From the NCBI GenBank assembly GCA_022447225.1, contig JAKVAZ010000018.1:10882-74881 (forward strand): 64,000 nucleotides of DNA. Reading direction: 5' to 3'. This DNA is from Fuerstiella sp. (lineage in GTDB: Bacteria > Planctomycetota > Planctomycetia > Planctomycetales > Planctomycetaceae). The notes beneath the pieces were generated by a model that had not been told where the DNA came from, searched no databases, and was given only the letters and a program-made list of their open reading frames with translations. Made by a program: the position numbers and the translations under genes. Numbering within the stretch: position 1 is the stretch's first letter; the number at the start of each line of letters is the position of its first letter. Shown in pieces: positions 59,430 to 64,000 of this stretch.

Positions 59430-59846
59430 ACGACCGAAAAAAATCCATCTCGCCTGACTGCCAAATCCCGCCGATAGCAGAGGAATAACTTACCATCGAC
59501 TGTTGTTCCGCCAAGTGCCGTAGAGCTACAGGTGACCTTCAGGAGTGGTTTAGCGGGTACACCATCTGATTCGCTTTGATCCTTTTGTCCAGCTTCTCCG
59601 TTGTACCAATCAACGGACTTCAAAACTGGTGACACAAAAGGCGGTTCGTCGTGTTTGATCTTCTTCTTCAATTTGCCCACTACGATCACACCTTCTATGA
59701 ACAGACCGATGTCGTCTGTCCTGAGTGTGAGGATTGCCACCTGACTCGTGACATCCTTGATGATGTCTATCGTGCCCATCACGGGCGGAGTTCACGACGT
59801 CCCGTGGATGGGGCTTGTTCAACTCGGTGTGTCTGGACTACCCAGA

Positions 59847-60065
59847 TCACGACTCTGTCCTCTTGCTTCGGGTCCGTTTGAGGTAGAAGAGAACGATGAC
59901 AAGAGGAACACCATAGATCGCGAGGATCTGTCCAGCCACCTCCCTTGCCGGCAGGGGATCCGCTCCTGGCGGGGGCACATCGGTTGGCGACACGATCGGC
60001 ATGAGAAAGGCAATCGTGAACATCGCCAGAAGGTAGATCCCGATGCATTTGCCCGTTGTCTTCAT
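59847..60065 (-). CDS. candidate small two-TM membrane protein, unknown function
   Basis: The 72-aa ORF MKTTGKCIGIYLLAMFTIAFLMPIV...ILAIYGVPLVIVLFYLKRTRSKR has two hydrophobic helices and a basic tail. No family was recognised. Confidence 0.3.
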   Translation of the reverse strand: MKTTGKCIGIYLLAMFTIAFLMPIVSPTDVPPPGADPLPAREVAGQILAIYGVPLVIVLFYLKRTRSKRTES

Positions 60066-60367
60066 ATCTGTTGAACACTGTGATAACTGTGAAAGTGTTT
60101 TCGCTGCTGCCGATGACGATTGAGAATCTGAATCAACTCTCGTCTCTGATAGCCGCTACCATTTTGGTCGCGGCTTTTTTTGTGCCATCACCTTGTGAGG
60201 TGGTTATCTCGGTCACAAAACCGAAAAGGTTTCGCTCCAGTACCAACACCAAAACGAGCAGAACCAGTTGGAAAAATCAGCACTTGCTCTGGGGCGGATC
60301 GGGTACAGGTTCGGTAAGGCCAGCGGCAAATTTTTTGCCAGGCTCACTTCAGTAGAAAAAAACCAAC

Positions 60368-60441
60368 TATCCCCGGCAGGGCTCGAACCTGCAACCTTCG
60401 GCTTCGGAGGCCGACGCTCTATCCAATTGAGCTACGGAGAC
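60368..60441 (-). tRNA. tRNA-Arg (anticodon CCG), 74 nt, no encoded CCA
   Basis: Hand-folded cloverleaf. Acceptor GTCTCCG/CGGGGAT has two G-U pairs. D-arm is GCTC-AATTGGATA-GAGC. Anticodon arm is TCGGC-CTCCGAA-GCCGA. Variable loop is AGGTT, T-arm is GCAGG-TTCGAGC-CCTGC, and the discriminator is A. Confidence 0.9.
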
Positions 60442-60812
60442 GTGTGGCGTGTTGACGGATTCGTTCCACGAAGCGTTTTGCAGATGCCACGTTTGAACGG
60501 AGAGCCTGACCTCTCACTACGCGCGGCAGCCACTGTAGAAAGTGGAACTCAAAACAGCAATAACCTTCTGGTTCCATTATGCCACGCGCCATAAGAATCA
60601 GCAAACCGAAGACCCGCATGCGGCCTAAAGAATTTTCATTGTCCGGTCTTCGCTAATGCCCACAGAACCGGAAACATAAAGACAGCGAGAGAATCAGCAG
60701 CGCAGGGACCGACAGACTGTTGGATTTCGAAACGGTGCGGCAGCCGGAGTTGAAGCGTTCAGGATTCGATCGATGACTCCATCGCCTGGCGGGTTCCTGG
60801 GGGCTCAATGCG

Positions 60813-61895
60813 TTAACCGGCCGGAGGTTTGGGGCGGCCGGGGTTTTCCGGATATTGCCCGGGTTGATCTGCGCGGTACCACTTGTCCAGAACTTCCAGC
60901 CAGGATTCGTTGGATCCAACCTTGATGAAGTCGGCTCGGACACGTCCGCCGTGAGGATGCCAGTCGGCATATCGCAAACCGAATTTCCTCATCTGACGAT
61001 AGGCCTTCCCGGACGGGTAGACACGGTCGGTAAAATCAAAGTGCTGAAGCAGCGCGTCCCGCTGGTCATGCACCGACGGTGGTGGTGGCAGCGGTCGGCC
61101 GGACAGCAGTTCGCGACATTGTCCAAAGATCCACGGATTTCCAATTGATCCGCGAGCGGCCGTAACGCCATGAACGCCTGTTTCATGAATCATGCGAACG
61201 CAGTCCTCCGCACAAAACAGATCACCACTGCCAAGAATCGTGCGGTCCGGCCATGTGCTGCAGATTTCTTTTAAGAATTCCCAGTTGCTCGGACCCACGT
61301 AACGCTGTTGAACCGTTCTTCCGTGGACCGTCACGGCCGCGATTCCGCCGGAAAATGCTCCTTCCAGAATCTCAAAAAATTTGTCGCGACTACTGTCGCT
61401 GTCATCGATACCACGACGCATTTTGAGGGTGACCGGGATGTGGTCGGGCACGGTATCCCGCACACGCTGCAGAATTTCCAGGGCAATTTCAGGCTGCCCC
61501 AGATGAAATCCACCTCGACATCGCCCCAACACTTTCTTAACCGGACAACCGAAATTGATATCGATCACGTCAAAGCCGGCTTTGACCAGTCGGCGTGCGG
61601 CTGGCGGGAACTCAACCGGATCGGCTCCCATCAACTGGGCACCAGCCGGATGGTCTGCATCTGTGAGCATCAGGAATCGACGTGTCCGTGCCCTGTCGCG
61701 CAAAGACGCAACGAAGTGGTCCAGCATGACCTCACAAATCGTGTACGGGGCACCCAGTGACCTCGCCGTCGCTCTCATTGGCCAGTCGCTGTATCCACTG
61801 AGCGCCGCCTGGACCACCGGCAGGTCAAGTGTCAGCGACCCTATCTGTAATTTTGGGATTGTCGGGTGATTCAGAAGCATCTTTGTACCGGGCAC
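60813..61895 (-). CDS. dus: tRNA-dihydrouridine synthase (Dus family)
   Basis: QAALSGYSDWPMR, DINFGCPVKKV (catalytic Cys loop), LKMRRG and VTVHGRT are present, with a C-terminal extension. Confidence 0.88.
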   Translation of the reverse strand: MPGTKMLLNHPTIPKLQIGSLTLDLPVVQAALSGYSDWPMRATARSLGAPYTICEVMLDHFVASLRDRARTRRFLMLTDADHPAGAQLMGADPVEFPPAARRLVKAGFDVIDINFGCPVKKVLGRCRGGFHLGQPEIALEILQRVRDTVPDHIPVTLKMRRGIDDSDSSRDKFFEILEGAFSGGIAAVTVHGRTVQQRYVGPSNWEFLKEICSTWPDRTILGSGDLFCAEDCVRMIHETGVHGVTAARGSIGNPWIFGQCRELLSGRPLPPPPSVHDQRDALLQHFDFTDRVYPSGKAYRQMRKFGLRYADWHPHGGRVRADFIKVGSNESWLEVLDKWYRADQPGQYPENPGRPKPPAG

Positions 61896-62178
61896 AATTC
61901 GCGAATCCCGCTGTTTTGTGGATTACCAATGTTCGGTTGCTGACTGCTGATCCGATGAATGCTCGGACTCATTGGTTGCGGTCAATTACAGCTTTTCGAT
62001 GATTGTCCACGATCTCAGTCAACGCAGGTATTGTTATCCCGTGACGATTTGAAAAATCGTCCTGTTGTGCTGCGGCCGGCCATGTTCGACAGGTAACCCA
62101 ATATCAGAACCGCGGAACCTCACCTGGTACCTCAATACCCGCGCAGCTAAAACATCGGTGCAGCTGACGTGCGGAAAT

Positions 62179-62991
62179 TCAGTTTTCATTTCCGGCGTAT
62201 CTGATTCCGCGTCCGCCATCGATGGTCAGGCAGGTCCCCGTCACGGCAGGGCTTTCTGCCAGATAGCGTATGGCGTTGGCAAGTGATGCCGGATGGTCAA
62301 CCATCTGCGTCAATGATTCCGTTTGTCTCTGCTGACGTTGCGATTTGCTGAACGAATTGGGTGCCATCACGGATCCCGCCAGGACTGCGTTGACTCGTAC
62401 GGCCGGGTTCAGGGCGGCCATTTCCACTGCCAGCATTCGTGTCAGAGTGGGAATCGTTGCCTTCGCCAGGTAATAGGCCGGTTCGCCGGTTCGCGGTTGG
62501 TACATCGAAGCATCGCCGATGTTCACAATGCAGCCCCCCTGTGCCTGCCGGGCCATCAGCAGGCCGGCTCGCCGGGCACACAGAAACGTGCCCAGTCCGT
62601 CAACTTTGAAGGCTGAAAGAACATCGGCAGCGGTGACTTCTTCGATTGGCTGTTTGCTCCACTGCGATGCGGTATTCACCAGGAGATCCAGTCGACCGAA
62701 GCGATCGATCACGTCTGCGATCAGTCGGTCCACATCGGTCTCGGAGGTGACATCGGCAGCAAAGCATTGAGCAGTCCCGCCCTGATCACAGATTTCTGAG
62801 ACGGTTGATTCGGCGGATTCCTTTGAAGAGTGATAGTGAAGGGCGATTTCGAACCCGTCGTCGACCAGCATGCGGGCAATTCGATTTCCCACCCGGTCTG
62901 CTCCACTTCCGGTGATCAGGGCAACACGTTGAGTTGGTGTTAATGTTTCCTTGCCGGGCATCGATTGTGTTTTCAGCTGGAAAAATTCCAC
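62179..62991 (-). CDS. short-chain dehydrogenase/reductase (SDR), pteridine-reductase/FolM-like N-terminus
   Basis: ALITGSGADRVGNRIA is the cofactor-binding motif. NTAS and the YxxxK context (YYLAKAT) are also present. Confidence 0.8.
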   Translation of the reverse strand: MEFFQLKTQSMPGKETLTPTQRVALITGSGADRVGNRIARMLVDDGFEIALHYHSSKESAESTVSEICDQGGTAQCFAADVTSETDVDRLIADVIDRFGRLDLLVNTASQWSKQPIEEVTAADVLSAFKVDGLGTFLCARRAGLLMARQAQGGCIVNIGDASMYQPRTGEPAYYLAKATIPTLTRMLAVEMAALNPAVRVNAVLAGSVMAPNSFSKSQRQQRQTESLTQMVDHPASLANAIRYLAESPAVTGTCLTIDGGRGIRYAGNEN

Positions 62992-63084
62992 TGACCCTTT
63001 CAGTCTGTTGAGATTACCTGCGAATACGAAAGTCCCGACAGTGTCGGAGGGATGTCGGAGTCGACAAAAAACCGAAATCCGCTG

Positions 63085-63522
63085 TCAGTCGGCACGTCGG
63101 TGAAACAATGTTTCAGCATCGGGAATCAGGTGGGTGGCCGCCTGCCCAGGGTGCATATTAAAGATCACTCGACCGGCACTTCCCCAGTCGCTGTCCTGAA
63201 AATGAAAAACGGCACTGCCGTCACGAATGGTACTGACGGCTGCGACGTCTTCCATGTCGCCGCCTTCGATGGCTTCGAATCCGAGATTCACTGAAGCGAA
63301 AGCACTGATCCGCTGAGTTTTCGAATCCGCCACGATCATCAGTTCCTGCAGCCAGTCACAGGAGATCCACCGCAAGCCCCTGGGTTTTCCCGACTGCGAT
63401 GCCAGTGCGAAAAAATCCTGCTGCAGGTCATGCTCAAAGCGCTGAAACTGAGCGATGGCACTGGTGCTTTCAGCAATGGACGACCGATTTCCGGTCAGCA
63501 GAGTTCGCAGGAACTGAAACAC
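63085..63522 (-). CDS. hypothetical protein
   Basis: The 145-aa ORF has ordinary amino-acid composition and no strong competing ORF on the other strand. I did not recognise a family. Confidence 0.45.
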   Translation of the reverse strand: MFQFLRTLLTGNRSSIAESTSAIAQFQRFEHDLQQDFFALASQSGKPRGLRWISCDWLQELMIVADSKTQRISAFASVNLGFEAIEGGDMEDVAAVSTIRDGSAVFHFQDSDWGSAGRVIFNMHPGQAATHLIPDAETLFHRRAD

Positions 63523-63692
63523 AAAAATGACTCCGGACAGATGTCATGTCGGCTAATGGCAGCGATTCACCAGATCGGCAACTCTCGCAGATTGGTACAT
63601 CACCAGCAGGATGCTGCCTATGAATGTCTTTGATGATCAGCCGGAATTCCGGTTAGGCAGATCGGGTAAAGTTTAACGGAGCTCCGGCGTGC

Positions 63693-63938
63693 TCACCTGT
63701 CCTGTCGTATCAGTGAATCGCTGATTTTACTGTTAAATCCGACACAACAAGCTTCATTCGTACAATCGATTCGAACCGATAAACCGGAATAATCGGTATA
63801 TCCTGACCCAGACAAGCCGTCTGGATCGTTCCGGATCCCCCTGCCTCGGGGGATCATTGAGTCGCCGGCGAATTGGGAATTTGCGGCTTTCTGTGAATAC
63901 AAGGCGCCGATTGGGGGGGTAGTCAGTTGTTCAGGCAT
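63693..63938 (-). CDS. hypothetical small protein (weak)
   Basis: The 81-aa ORF is preceded by GGAGA 5 nt upstream of the ATG. It contains a 7-bp GC-rich hairpin (GATCCCC...GGGGATC, about 63836-63856), and no family was recognised. Confidence 0.25.
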   Translation of the reverse strand: MPEQLTTPPIGALYSQKAANSQFAGDSMIPRGRGIRNDPDGLSGSGYTDYSGLSVRIDCTNEACCVGFNSKISDSLIRQDR

Positions 63939-64000
63939 GAGGATCTCCGTTGTGAGACATCATGGCTTTCTGGCCGTTGTGCTGGCAGGGACTGCGGCGG

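Noticed and set aside
59417-59782. 121-aa minus-strand ORF next to the tRNA fragment as an integrase or cargo gene
   Set aside because: It shows no integrase, excisionase or other recognisable motifs. Its last codons are simply the tRNA-fragment sequence, and it overlaps other ORFs of similar length.

Overview
This 64-kb chromosomal segment is most consistent with a Planctomycetota genome. It carries a DUF1549/PSD1-type protein, a DUF1552 plus PSCyt/DUF1592-type pair, TAT-signal Gfo/Idh/MocA oxidoreductases and an H4MPT/methanofuran-linked hydantoinase-like gene. Hand-counted 120-nt coding samples give about 52-58% GC. Coding density is high and most genes are ordinary housekeeping or catabolic genes: coaE, rho, ribH, metF, uppS-cdsA, a phosphohexomutase, a UDP-sugar pyrophosphorylase, a Dus enzyme, two enolase-superfamily genes with a Na+/solute symporter, and two PhyH dioxygenases. 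The largest coherent system is a 12.5-kb type II secretion (Gsp) cluster at 41.3-53.8 kb. Its gspIJK block is inverted, its accessory components look fused, and no gspC or gspO is visible. There is one intact tRNA-Arg(CCG) at 60368-60441. Two truncated tRNA-Arg 3' copies lie in the same orientation at 59.4 kb and 54.2 kb. They may mark a decayed integrative island that carries the DUF1552/DUF1592 pair. Other points worth a second look:
- a 1.35-kb AT-rich ORF-free gap with a clustered motif array upstream of a di-haem cytochrome c peroxidase
- a 16-bp x4.4 tandem repeat in a 5' leader
- a 48-codon membrane ORF with a clean intrinsic terminator, divergent from an intramembrane-type histidine kinase
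- a two-component operon translationally coupled to an MfnF-like gene
- a split ComDE/Ppd-like TPP decarboxylase next to a PhyH dioxygenase
- a CdsA with an altered signature and a long tail
I found no CRISPR array, rRNA, transposase or recognisable integrase. All calls come from reading the translations by eye. No database search was run.
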